Source of the DNA: Thermoplasmata archaeon | Lineage (GTDB): Archaea > Thermoplasmatota > Thermoplasmata > Lutacidiplasmatales > UBA184 | Direction: 5' to 3' | NCBI GenBank assembly: GCA_030039525.1 | Contig: JASHVI010000197.1 | Span: forward strand, 1 to 37,894 | Length of the DNA: 37,894 nt | Shown: in pieces, positions 1-7,623 of the stretch | Layout of the letters: every line of letters starts with the position of its first letter | Numbering within the stretch: the first letter of the stretch is position 1 | Made by a program: the position numbers and the translations under genes | Notes under the pieces: model-generated | The model's input: only the letters and a program-made list of their open reading frames with translations | The model's database searches: none | Told to the model about the DNA's origin: nothing

Positions 1-104
1 GGAAGCGGGGTCTCGATGAACCCGAGACGTCGATAGAAGCGAACGCTCGAGGCGAGGTCGTTACACGGGATGATCGGAACCGCTGAGTGGGTCCGCGCCG
101 GCAT
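1..104 (-). CDS. VOC (glyoxalase/bleomycin-resistance fold) family protein, first 34 codons only; the gene runs off the left edge
   Basis: Hand translation of the minus strand from ATG at 104..102 gives MPARTHSAVPIIPCNDLASSVRFYRRLGFIETPL. The DLxxSxxFYxxLGF pattern is the typical first beta-alpha unit of VOC-fold proteins. It is not in the ORF track because the window truncates it. Confidence 0.5.
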   Translation of the reverse strand, partial: MPARTHSAVPIIPCNDLASSVRFYRRLGFIETPL

Positions 105-537
105 CGGCCGGGCAACGCGGCGCTCGACCAAAAGCTCGCCACTCCGATAGGTGCCGACGGGCTCGCACGCTCGTCGGGTGGAATCCTGGCAAAGCTGACG
201 GGCCCCACGCCTTCGCGAGGTGTCCCTCCTTCGGCGATCTACCTGAGCCGGTCCGGTCGACCTCCGAGAACTCGGCGAAGGGGCCCGCCCCGCCGTCCCG
301 ACATCGTCCGCCCGCGCGTCGAGCTCGGTCAGGGACCGACGACGTGCGCTCAGTGGGACCGCGTCGGGGCGAGCCGTACCGCCGGTCCCGCGGACGTGCC
401 CGGTGAATCCGGCGTGTCCTGATGAGCCCTCGATGTCCACAAGCCCGAGCGATCTTCGGACCCCGTAACGCGCCCCCGATGAGCCGGGCACCCCTCCGGC
501 GCTCGCGGGAGGCGACCAGGGGCCTCGCCCGGTCAGT

Positions 538-1431
538 TCAGCCGATGGTTACGTTGTCGAGTCGAATGTAGTTCGGCCCGGTTCCCAAGTTCTCTTCGGC
601 CGTCGCCCGCGCATGCCCCAGGATCGAGGTCCGATCCGCAAGGATCTCGGACTCGGCGACCGCTTGGATATCGATCTCGAGCTGATACCTATCGGTGGTC
701 ACGAAGGGGACCGACACCGGCAGCTTGTCGTGGAACGTGGCGCTGAGCGACGCGTTGCTCCCCGTGACGGTCGAGGTGCAGCCGGACGAACCGCAGGCGT
801 ACATGTCGAGCGACTCGTTGTCGATCGGGTAGGCGTGACTCCAGTAGGTCGAGCTCCAGTAGTAGAAGGTAGAGGTCGTCACGTCGATCACGTACGGCAC
901 CACCTCCAGGTAGACCGAGGCATACTGGACGCAATAGCGCGACACGAAGCTCGAGCGGGCGCACCCCGCGTGCTGGAGCGTCTCGTTCCAGGACGCGCGG
1001 AAGGTGAGATTCGCCGTGACCACCGCCGTGCCGTTGGTCGACGGTCGGAGCGGGAGGAGGATGGTGAAGCCCATCTCCGCGAGCGACTCACTTTCGTATC
1101 CTCCGCCGTCGTACGACGCCGCGCAGGACTTCGCTCCCGTGATCAGGCCGAGGCCCCCCTGGCCGGTGGAGAGCTGGAGGTGGGGCCGATCCGTCACCGT
1201 GAGCCTCGCGCACCCGGACCGACCGTCATCCGTCCAGGGCCGGACGTGGCCGCTGAACGGGGCCGAGAACGTCGTGACGCCATTCGGCAGGATCGCGGGG
1301 GCGGCTCCGGCGGTGCTCAACGAGAGTACGGCCAGAAGAGCAAAGGGTGCGGCCCACAGCGCGGCCCGGACCGCCCTCGGTCCCCGACGTGCGGCGTGGC
1401 ACAGGGCCGGGCCGTTCGCGCGGGCGACCAT
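538..1431 (-). CDS. Secreted Cys-patterned, sequon-rich protein, paralogue A of a six-member family (function unknown)
   Basis: This is the C-terminal 297 codons of ORF 538..1773. I took the start at ATG 1431..1429 (MVARANG...), followed by a hydrophobic signal-like segment (AAPFALLAVLSLSTAGAAP). It has several NxS/T sequons and the CGSSGC motif shared with paralogue B. Its ATG shares one base with the TGA of the upstream paralogue (TGATG). Confidence 0.8.
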   Translation of the reverse strand: MVARANGPALCHAARRGPRAVRAALWAAPFALLAVLSLSTAGAAPAILPNGVTTFSAPFSGHVRPWTDDGRSGCARLTVTDRPHLQLSTGQGGLGLITGAKSCAASYDGGGYESESLAEMGFTILLPLRPSTNGTAVVTANLTFRASWNETLQHAGCARSSFVSRYCVQYASVYLEVVPYVIDVTTSTFYYWSSTYWSHAYPIDNESLDMYACGSSGCTSTVTGSNASLSATFHDKLPVSVPFVTTDRYQLEIDIQAVAESEILADRTSILGHARATAEENLGTGPNYIRLDNVTIG

Positions 1432-2297
1432 CACTGCACCAACAGGCGGTTCAGCGAGAGACCCGCCCCGCCCGCGCCCAGATTGAGCGCGGCGGCGCCA
1501 TTGGCGTGCCCCAGAAAGTGGGTGGATCCGGCTTCGAAGACCACGTCGGTGGTCGCGGTGATGTAGGTGATCCACTGGTAATGATCCGACACCAGCAGGG
1601 ACGAAGTGACCGTGGTGGAGAGACGGTAGGTCCCGAAGTAGCTGGCGGAGGCTCCGGTCACGTTGGATACGCAGCCGGAGCTGCCGCACGTCATCGAGTC
1701 GGTGGTCGAGTTTTCGATCTGGTATCCGTAGAGGGAGTTGGGCCGGAGGTATGATTGGTTGGTCGTGTCCCAAATGAAGTAGTAGATGTCGAGCTCAACG
1801 TAAGCCTCCTGGAAACAGTACGCCCCGTTCGAGCCGGCCGCGCAGGTGGTCGCATTCAACCACTCCCCCCATCCCAATTTCAGGGTCCAGTTCGCCGTGA
1901 CGGATTGCACCCCGTTCCGGGGCACATGGATCGGGATGCTCATGACGATCTGACCCGTGGTTCCGGCCCCGGTCTGGTAGTACCCGCCTCCCGCCGCGCG
2001 CGCGCAGGTCTTGCCCCAGGTGGAAACGCCCAATCCTCCGAGACCGGAGGAGAGGTTGAACCAAGGCCGCGTTCCAACGAGCGAGTGCGAGCAGGCAGCG
2101 AAGGACTTGTCGACCGACACGGACCTCGTCCCGTGGAAAGGGGCGCGAAGAGCGACGGCTGGGTGGGTGGACGCAGCGGACGCAGCGCCCGAGAGGACCA
2201 CGAGGATCGAGAGGGCCCCGACGGTCGCGATCCCGCGTAGTCGGACCGACGCACCGAGGCGACGCGTTGGGGGAGGGCGGCTCGGGACTCGCTGCAA
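1431..2297 (-). CDS. Secreted Cys-patterned, sequon-rich protein, paralogue B (function unknown)
   Basis: 288-aa ORF with a signal-like N-terminus (IATVGALSILVVLSGAASAAS). It aligns by eye with paralogue A: APFxG after the signal, GGLG, VTANxT, CGSSGCxSxVTGxxAS, LGHA...NLG at the C-terminus. Confidence 0.8.
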   Translation of the reverse strand: MQRVPSRPPPTRRLGASVRLRGIATVGALSILVVLSGAASAASTHPAVALRAPFHGTRSVSVDKSFAACSHSLVGTRPWFNLSSGLGGLGVSTWGKTCARAAGGGYYQTGAGTTGQIVMSIPIHVPRNGVQSVTANWTLKLGWGEWLNATTCAAGSNGAYCFQEAYVELDIYYFIWDTTNQSYLRPNSLYGYQIENSTTDSMTCGSSGCVSNVTGASASYFGTYRLSTTVTSSLLVSDHYQWITYITATTDVVFEAGSTHFLGHANGAAALNLGAGGAGLSLNRLLVQ

Positions 2298-2521
2298 CGG
2301 TGGCCGAGCGGGACTCCGCTGGGTTGGTAAAGGGTTTTCGAGGCGTGAGGGATGTCCGTCTCGCTCGACCCCGGGTTCAGAATGCCTGGGTTGTGGACCA
2401 AGCTAGGGGCCCCGCAGCCTACCGCCTCGGTCGCGTGGCGAACCTCGGGAGTCGACCATCCCTGGGCGATGCCCGCCGAGGGCGCGGACCGCGATCCCGG
2501 CGCCCGCCCGCTCGTTGCCCC

Positions 2522-3631
2522 TTACCAAAGACTGGACTGCGAATCCTCGTTCCCGTGCCGGGCGAAGGCCTGTCGGACCGTGGCCGAAATGGCGGAAACG
2601 TCGACGCTCTCGACATGCTCCCCCGTGGCGGAGCCCGACGACCACGCGTGGGGGACCGCCAGCCACTGTCCGGGGTAGGTCGCGTTGGAGCCGGCGCCCG
2701 TGTCGTAGTAGAGCCCCAAGGTCGCTCGGAGGCTGGTCACGTTCGTCACCTCGGAGCAGCACGGGCCGGCCAGGACCCACTCGGCGTCCACGTGACCTCC
2801 TCCGGGCCAATGCGTTCCGACCTCGATCTCGGGGTGCCCTGCGCCCGCGGAGCCGGGCGTGAACAGGATTCGATCGAAATATCCCGAGTATCGAACGGTC
2901 GACCCTTCCTTCACCGCGCCGTAGAACGCGAGGCAGGAATCGTGGGCCCGAGCGCACGTGTAGTACGAGTTCATGTTCGGCCCGACGGTCATCACCGCCC
3001 ACAGGGAGATGGGCAGGGTCAGGTTGTAGATGACCGGTCCGACGCAGTAGTAGAACAGGCCTCCTTTCGACCCGAGGCTCGCGAACGCGGCCTGCCGGCA
3101 CGCGCCGCTCTGGTTCACCGCCATCGAGCCCGGGTCTAGGTCGCGAGCCTTGCTGGACTCGTTCCGGAGATTGTCCCCGAAGCTCACGCTGTAGGTTCCC
3201 CGGACGCATGGCAGCGAGCAGACCTTCCCGTCAAAGCCGACGTTCACGATGTTCTGGGGCCAGTACGAGCCGTTGTTGTTCTCGTCCATGAGCCCGAAGG
3301 CCCCGAGGTTCTCCTGCAGGCTCATGCAGGTGGTCGCGTACGGGTCGACTTTCGGCGGGCAGGAGGCTCGGTTCGAGAGCTTGGCCATCGTCAACTTCGT
3401 GATCTTCGCAAAACCCTCGAACGACGCCGCCGCGTATTGATAGGCGGTCCCATTGGGAGCGACGCCGTAATCGACCACGCCCATGGAGCAGTTCGAGCCG
3501 CAGACCGCCCCCGGCGGGGTCACGCTCGGCGTGGCGGCGGACGCCGCAGCGGCGGGGTTCGCCAGTCCGGCCGATAGAAGAAGCAGCGCCGGAATCGCGA
3601 GCAGCGCGATGCGACGACCGATCCTCAACAT
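2522..3631 (-). CDS. Thermopsin-family (peptidase A5-like) secreted protein
   Basis: ORF 2522..3679. The preferred start is ATG 3631 (MLRIGRRIALLAIPALLLLSAGLANPAAAA, signal peptide). MGVVDYGVAPNGTAYQY, SLQEN and YWPQNIVNV match my recollection of thermopsin hallmarks (GIADYG, QLN, YWxQNV), and the region aligns with the N-terminal part of ORF 10257..12386. Many NxS/T sequons. Confidence 0.7.
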   Translation of the reverse strand: MLRIGRRIALLAIPALLLLSAGLANPAAAASAATPSVTPPGAVCGSNCSMGVVDYGVAPNGTAYQYAAASFEGFAKITKLTMAKLSNRASCPPKVDPYATTCMSLQENLGAFGLMDENNNGSYWPQNIVNVGFDGKVCSLPCVRGTYSVSFGDNLRNESSKARDLDPGSMAVNQSGACRQAAFASLGSKGGLFYYCVGPVIYNLTLPISLWAVMTVGPNMNSYYTCARAHDSCLAFYGAVKEGSTVRYSGYFDRILFTPGSAGAGHPEIEVGTHWPGGGHVDAEWVLAGPCCSEVTNVTSLRATLGLYYDTGAGSNATYPGQWLAVPHAWSSGSATGEHVESVDVSAISATVRQAFARHGNEDSQSSLW

Positions 3632-3948
3632 CCGATCGAGCCTACCTCGCCCGCGGCATCCTTCAGGCTCCTCGGTCAAATGAGCCTATGGAAGGCCGGA
3701 GGCTTCCCTTCGTCGGGGCAGTGGCAGTCCGCCGGGATCACGCGGCGCAAGTCGCGAACCCGGGTGGCGGTCGAGGGCGCATCCGGCCGGCTCCTCGCCG
3801 GGTCCCTTCGGCCGAGAGGGGGCGCGCATCGGGGAAGTGCGCTGCGCGGTCCGCTGCGGGATTCGGTAGGCTTCGAACCGGCCGGAGCCGTGGGAAGCGG
3901 TTGGGGGGGGGTCCAGCGGGAAGGCTGGACCCCACGGAGGGATCGGCG

Positions 3949-4851
3949 CTATGCGATCTTTATCCCGCGGAGTAGGGCTCCGTTCCCGAGGCTGCCCATG
4001 TTGAACTTGGCCTCCGCCGAGGGGGTTCCCTTCGCCTTGGCGTTGTCGAGCTCCACCTCCGAGTCGGTCTCCACGAGGAACGTCACGTAGACCTCGTACG
4101 CGTGGCTCGCGTTCAGGACCGGCGTCGTGAAGTTGTTGTAGATGCTCGTGACGTAGGTGTTCGAGCCGCTGAGCCCCGTGCCCGATCCAAAGCTGTAGTT
4201 CCCGCCGATCGGGGTGCAGGGCGTCGACACGCAGCTGAGCTGGCTGTAGTTCTCGACCGTCGCATAGTCGGCGATCGCCGAGACGAACGAGAACGTGATC
4301 GTGTAGTTGGTGAGGTCCTCGAAGATCGTGTACGTGTAGAGCTCCACCGAGGCCGTGGCCAGGCATTCGGAGAGCGCCGCCGCGTAGTTCAGCTTGCAGT
4401 GCGTGTAGGGGGTCACGGCCCACGAATCGAGCATGTTCAGGGCCCAGGTCTCGTTGACGGTGTACGACCGGTTGGCCGTGATGGTGACCGGTATCGAAAG
4501 GTCGAGGTACGTGTACCACTGCGCTTCGGTCCCGAGGCCCGGCGACTGGCACCCGGAGGCGTTCGACGTCGCGGACGTTCGGAAGGTCCCGGTCTTCGGC
4601 GCCCACTTCGGCTGCTTCTGGACGGTGAACTTCCCGCAGCCGGCGAACCCGCTCGAGACCTGGATCGACGCCCCGACGTGCGTGTACGGCGCGATGATGA
4701 CGACCCCGCTCGTCACCGACGCGCTCGCCGGCGAGAGTAGCATGAGGCTCGCGGCGAGAAACGCGAACGCTGTCGACCCCACCACCGTGAGTCGAATCGG
4801 GCGGGCCATCGGCTTCGGGAGGCTCCTTCGGTTGCTCATGGTGCAGTCCAA
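3949..4851 (-). CDS. Secreted Cys-patterned, sequon-rich protein, paralogue C (divergent)
   Basis: 300-aa ORF with signal-like AFAFLAASLMLLSPASA, APYxH after the signal, a conserved Cys pattern, and the C-terminal motif AEAKFNMGSLGNGALLRGIKIA resembling the A/B termini. Alternative starts are at 4839 and 4809. A TATA-like tatatat lies at 4904..4910 upstream. Confidence 0.75.
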   Translation of the reverse strand: MDCTMSNRRSLPKPMARPIRLTVVGSTAFAFLAASLMLLSPASASVTSGVVIIAPYTHVGASIQVSSGFAGCGKFTVQKQPKWAPKTGTFRTSATSNASGCQSPGLGTEAQWYTYLDLSIPVTITANRSYTVNETWALNMLDSWAVTPYTHCKLNYAAALSECLATASVELYTYTIFEDLTNYTITFSFVSAIADYATVENYSQLSCVSTPCTPIGGNYSFGSGTGLSGSNTYVTSIYNNFTTPVLNASHAYEVYVTFLVETDSEVELDNAKAKGTPSAEAKFNMGSLGNGALLRGIKIA

Positions 4852-4903
4852 CTCCTGCCCGGGCCCCGCCCGGGGTCCTGGGCGCCCTCCGATCCGGTCC
4901 GTC

Positions 4904-4910
4904 TATATAT
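4904..4910 (-). promoter_or_regulatory. TATA-like box upstream of paralogue C
   Basis: tatatat is the only AT run in an otherwise GC-rich intergenic region, about 53-59 nt upstream of ATG 4851. Confidence 0.3.
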
Positions 4911-5059
4911 CTGAGCGACCCCGGAAGCGACCACGTTCACGCTCCGGCGATGCAGCGGAGTTCGAGCACGGGTGGCGCGACGGGAGCGTCTCCCCGGGGA
5001 GCCCCCGGCCGTCGGCAGTCTTCGGAGGCGAACCGACCCCCGATCGAGCTGGGCTAGGG

Positions 5060-5686
5060 CTACTCCGGGGGGCTTCCCCGCGTGATCTCGCCGGCCCGGG
5101 CGTAGTAGTCCAACCGGACGCCCGTAGGGGTCGTCCGGCTCCACGAAAGCGACCACGCGGTCGGAACGGCGCCCTCGCCGAACAGCCGCTTCCCCGAGCC
5201 CAGAACGACGGGGGAGGTGATGAGATAGAGGTCATCGACCAGGTCCGCTCGGAGCAGGCTCTGTAACAGGTTGGAGCTCCCGATGACGTGGAGGTTCGGC
5301 CCGGCCTCGTCCTTCAAGCGGCGGACGGCCCCCGCGGCGTCCCCTTGCAGGAGTCTCGCGTTCTCCCAGCGGAGCTGCTCGAGGGTTCGGGACGCGACAT
5401 GCTTCACGTCGCGGTTGATGATCGCGCCGATCGGGTTGTCGCCATGACGGGGCCAGTAGTCGGCAAAAATCTCGTACGTTCGGCGCCCCAGGACCAGTTC
5501 GTGGGGCAGCGAGTAGAAGTCGAGCACGGACTGGTCCGACGTCTCGTCCCCGTAGTTCATCGCCCAGCCTCCGTGGGAAAAGCCGCCGTCCCGATCCTCG
5601 TCCGGTCCGCCGGGAGCCTGCATCACCCCATCCATCGAGAGGAATATCTGCGCCACGACGCGTCGCGGAGTTCTAGGGGGGCTCAT
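5060..5686 (-). CDS. Dihydrofolate-reductase-like (RibD C-terminal domain) family protein
   Basis: The last 209 codons of ORF 5060..6022, from ATG 5686: MSPPRTPRRVVAQIFLSMDGVMQAPGGPDEDRDGGFSHGGW...RRTYEIFADYWP...HVIGSSNLLQSLL. This is the typical signature of the RibD_C/YwjB-like family. The upstream part of the ORF is Arg-rich junk. Confidence 0.8.
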   Translation of the reverse strand: MSPPRTPRRVVAQIFLSMDGVMQAPGGPDEDRDGGFSHGGWAMNYGDETSDQSVLDFYSLPHELVLGRRTYEIFADYWPRHGDNPIGAIINRDVKHVASRTLEQLRWENARLLQGDAAGAVRRLKDEAGPNLHVIGSSNLLQSLLRADLVDDLYLITSPVVLGSGKRLFGEGAVPTAWSLSWSRTTPTGVRLDYYARAGEITRGSPPE

Positions 5687-6007
5687 CGGATACGCGAGCG
5701 CCGAGTCTTGCCCTGTAATTACCTCGCCTCCACGACTCCGGCACCACCCCGTAGAGACTCGGCCAGGCTCGCACCGATCGCCTGCGTCTCGCTCAACCGC
5801 CCGCGAGCCGAAGCTCGGAGGTCCCCGGGCCCTCTCCCGAGATCTCCTCCGCCGCGGACCGCACCGAAGCGGCGCCGCAGGGTGTCCGGCGCTTAGCCAC
5901 GGGTCCCTACGTCCGAGGCTCGGGGTCGCTCTCGGCGCCGAGCGTACTGTCCCGGTCTTCGAGCGTCGTACCTCGCAAGGACGGGAGAAGACGTACCAAG
6001 CCAATCC

Positions 6008-6018
6008 GTTATACGTCC
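6008..6018 (+). promoter_or_regulatory. TATA-like box gttatacgtcc upstream of the G1-like peptidase gene
   Basis: It lies about 60 nt upstream of GTG 6076. A purine-rich SD-like gagaggtggg (6061..6070) sits between the box and the start. The motif recurs as gtaatacgtc upstream of ORF 7624. Confidence 0.3.
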
Positions 6019-6075
6019 GCACGGCTCGCAGCTGCCGAGCGCGAGCAGAGCCGGCGACTCGAGAGGTGGGTATCC

Positions 6076-7485
6076 GTGAGGTTGTTCGGCGGCGCCTCGA
6101 TGGTGAGTATTGCGGCGGTCGGCCTTCTGCTCCTGACGGTATTGCTGCCCGGATCCGTTTCCGGCACGGCCGTACCGGCCGGTGGGGCCCTCGCCCCGTT
6201 CGTTCTTCCGGGAGTCTCGGCCTCCACCCTCTGGGGAAATCCGGCGTGTCACGGAGGCCCCTTCGACGTCGGTCCCGCGAACCTGACCTCGAGCTCGGTC
6301 GTGACGCTTCCCGCTCCCGAGTGTGACTACATCTACGCCGGAGTCACCAACGGGGCCAACATTACGTCAGCCAGCCTTTCGGCCAACTTGACCTGGCCTC
6401 TCGCGAATTCCAGCTACGCCAAGTGGCGCGGCGCCTCGCAGATCGTCGAGATCGGCTCCGAGACGACCTCCGCCACCCGCGCCTGGAAGTACGTGGCCTA
6501 CCCCTCGTCGGCCAGCTTGACGGCTCCCGCCAACGGGACACCGGAACTCGGAGGTGTGGTCGTCTCGGCGCTCCCGACCGGGTTCCAAACCTACGTCTCC
6601 ACCAACTCCAGCTCCCTGACGGGATCGATCACCCTCCAGTCCCGCGCGTTCGTCCTCCTCGCCGTGGCCGCTTCGGGCGATTACTCGCCTCGCGTCGCAT
6701 CGCCGCTTCAGACGATCGCATCGCGGAGCCTCGGGAAGGGGGACTCCCTGCTGTTCGCGAGCGGCCGCTTCGGAGCGGGCTCGCAGACGTTCAGCGTCTC
6801 CTCGACCCAATCGAGCCCCGACGGATCGATCTCCGCCGTCCTCTACTACTACACCCAGACGAGTGACGTCAGGTCCCCGCTCTGGGGGGGTTATGTGGTG
6901 CCCACGGCGCGCGGGGTGACCGCCGTCAGCGAGGAATACTCGATCCCTCGCATCACGCGGCATTGCGGATACGGCGTCTCCGCGGCCGACATCCTGGTGG
7001 GGATTGATGGCTGGCGCGACTCGACCTCCGAGGTCGTAGGGACGACCTTGCTGTGCACGAACGGGACTCAAACGAACACCGCGTGGTACGACCTGCTTCC
7101 CTCCGCACCCGTAGCGATTCCCATCCCGGTCGCGATCGGACACAGCTACTACGCGTCGGTCGGATTCAACGCCACCACGCAGAACTACACGTTCACCTTC
7201 GTGGATCTCACGACGTCCAGGAGCTTCACCGCGACGGTCCACTCGAGCTCCAAGCCCTTGCGCAACGGGAGCTCGGCGGAGTGGGTCGTCTCGCTGGTGC
7301 CGGCGACCACCGCCAGCGGATACCTCCCGATCGCGAACCTGAGGAAAGGGTTCCGGATCAGCGACTGCCAAGCCACGATCGACGGCCAGACCGGAAAGAT
7401 CGCCGCCTTCTTCAACGACCGGGTTTCGGGACCGACCCACCCGGGTACCCTCGGCAAGACCGGGGACAGTTTCTTCGACCGATAG
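6076..7485 (+). CDS. Secreted protein with a C-terminal glutamic-peptidase (G1/eqolisin, Pfam Peptidase_A4)-like domain
   Basis: GTG 6076 is preceded by GAGGTG (alternative ATG at 6100). Signal peptide: VSIAAVGLLLLTVLLPGSVSG. The C-terminal about 200 aa show WGGYVV, VGIDGW, TAWYDLLP, a VxxxxxTxNYTFTFVDLTT block and SSAEWVVS. These correspond to the G1 motifs WxG, WVGIDG, AWYEWxP and SAEWIVE. The N-terminal about 260 aa have no family I recognise. Confidence 0.65.
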   Translation: MRLFGGASMVSIAAVGLLLLTVLLPGSVSGTAVPAGGALAPFVLPGVSASTLWGNPACHGGPFDVGPANLTSSSVVTLPAPECDYIYAGVTNGANITSASLSANLTWPLANSSYAKWRGASQIVEIGSETTSATRAWKYVAYPSSASLTAPANGTPELGGVVVSALPTGFQTYVSTNSSSLTGSITLQSRAFVLLAVAASGDYSPRVASPLQTIASRSLGKGDSLLFASGRFGAGSQTFSVSSTQSSPDGSISAVLYYYTQTSDVRSPLWGGYVVPTARGVTAVSEEYSIPRITRHCGYGVSAADILVGIDGWRDSTSEVVGTTLLCTNGTQTNTAWYDLLPSAPVAIPIPVAIGHSYYASVGFNATTQNYTFTFVDLTTSRSFTATVHSSSKPLRNGSSAEWVVSLVPATTASGYLPIANLRKGFRISDCQATIDGQTGKIAAFFNDRVSGPTHPGTLGKTGDSFFDR

Positions 7486-7595
7486 GGCGTCGGCCCGGGG
7501 TCGCCCGATCGGTCACCCACCGCGCATCGTCTCGGGACCGCTCCGGCGGTCGTTTACGCCGGGAGGACGGACACGATGGCGCGACAGTGCGCGGA

Positions 7596-7605
7596 GTAAT
7601 ACGTC
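7596..7605 (+). promoter_or_regulatory. TATA-like box gtaatacgtc, spacing suits a leaderless transcript
   Basis: taata lies at -27..-23 relative to ATG 7624. Confidence 0.35.
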
Positions 7606-7623
7606 TCAGCCCCTGCCTGAGGC

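Noticed and set aside
87-537. ORF 87..422 (plus strand) and other frames in the first 540 nt
   Set aside because: The translated sequence is Arg/Pro/Gly-rich with no recognisable features. The only convincing coding signal is the minus-strand VOC N-terminus starting at 104. I could not support any gene between 105 and 537.
613-2406. Plus-strand ORFs 613..1566, 1004..1486, 1347..1754, 1755..2240 and 2011..2406, opposite paralogues A and B
   Set aside because: Low-complexity Arg/Gly/Pro composition. They run antisense to two ORFs that have signal peptides and mutually conserved motifs.
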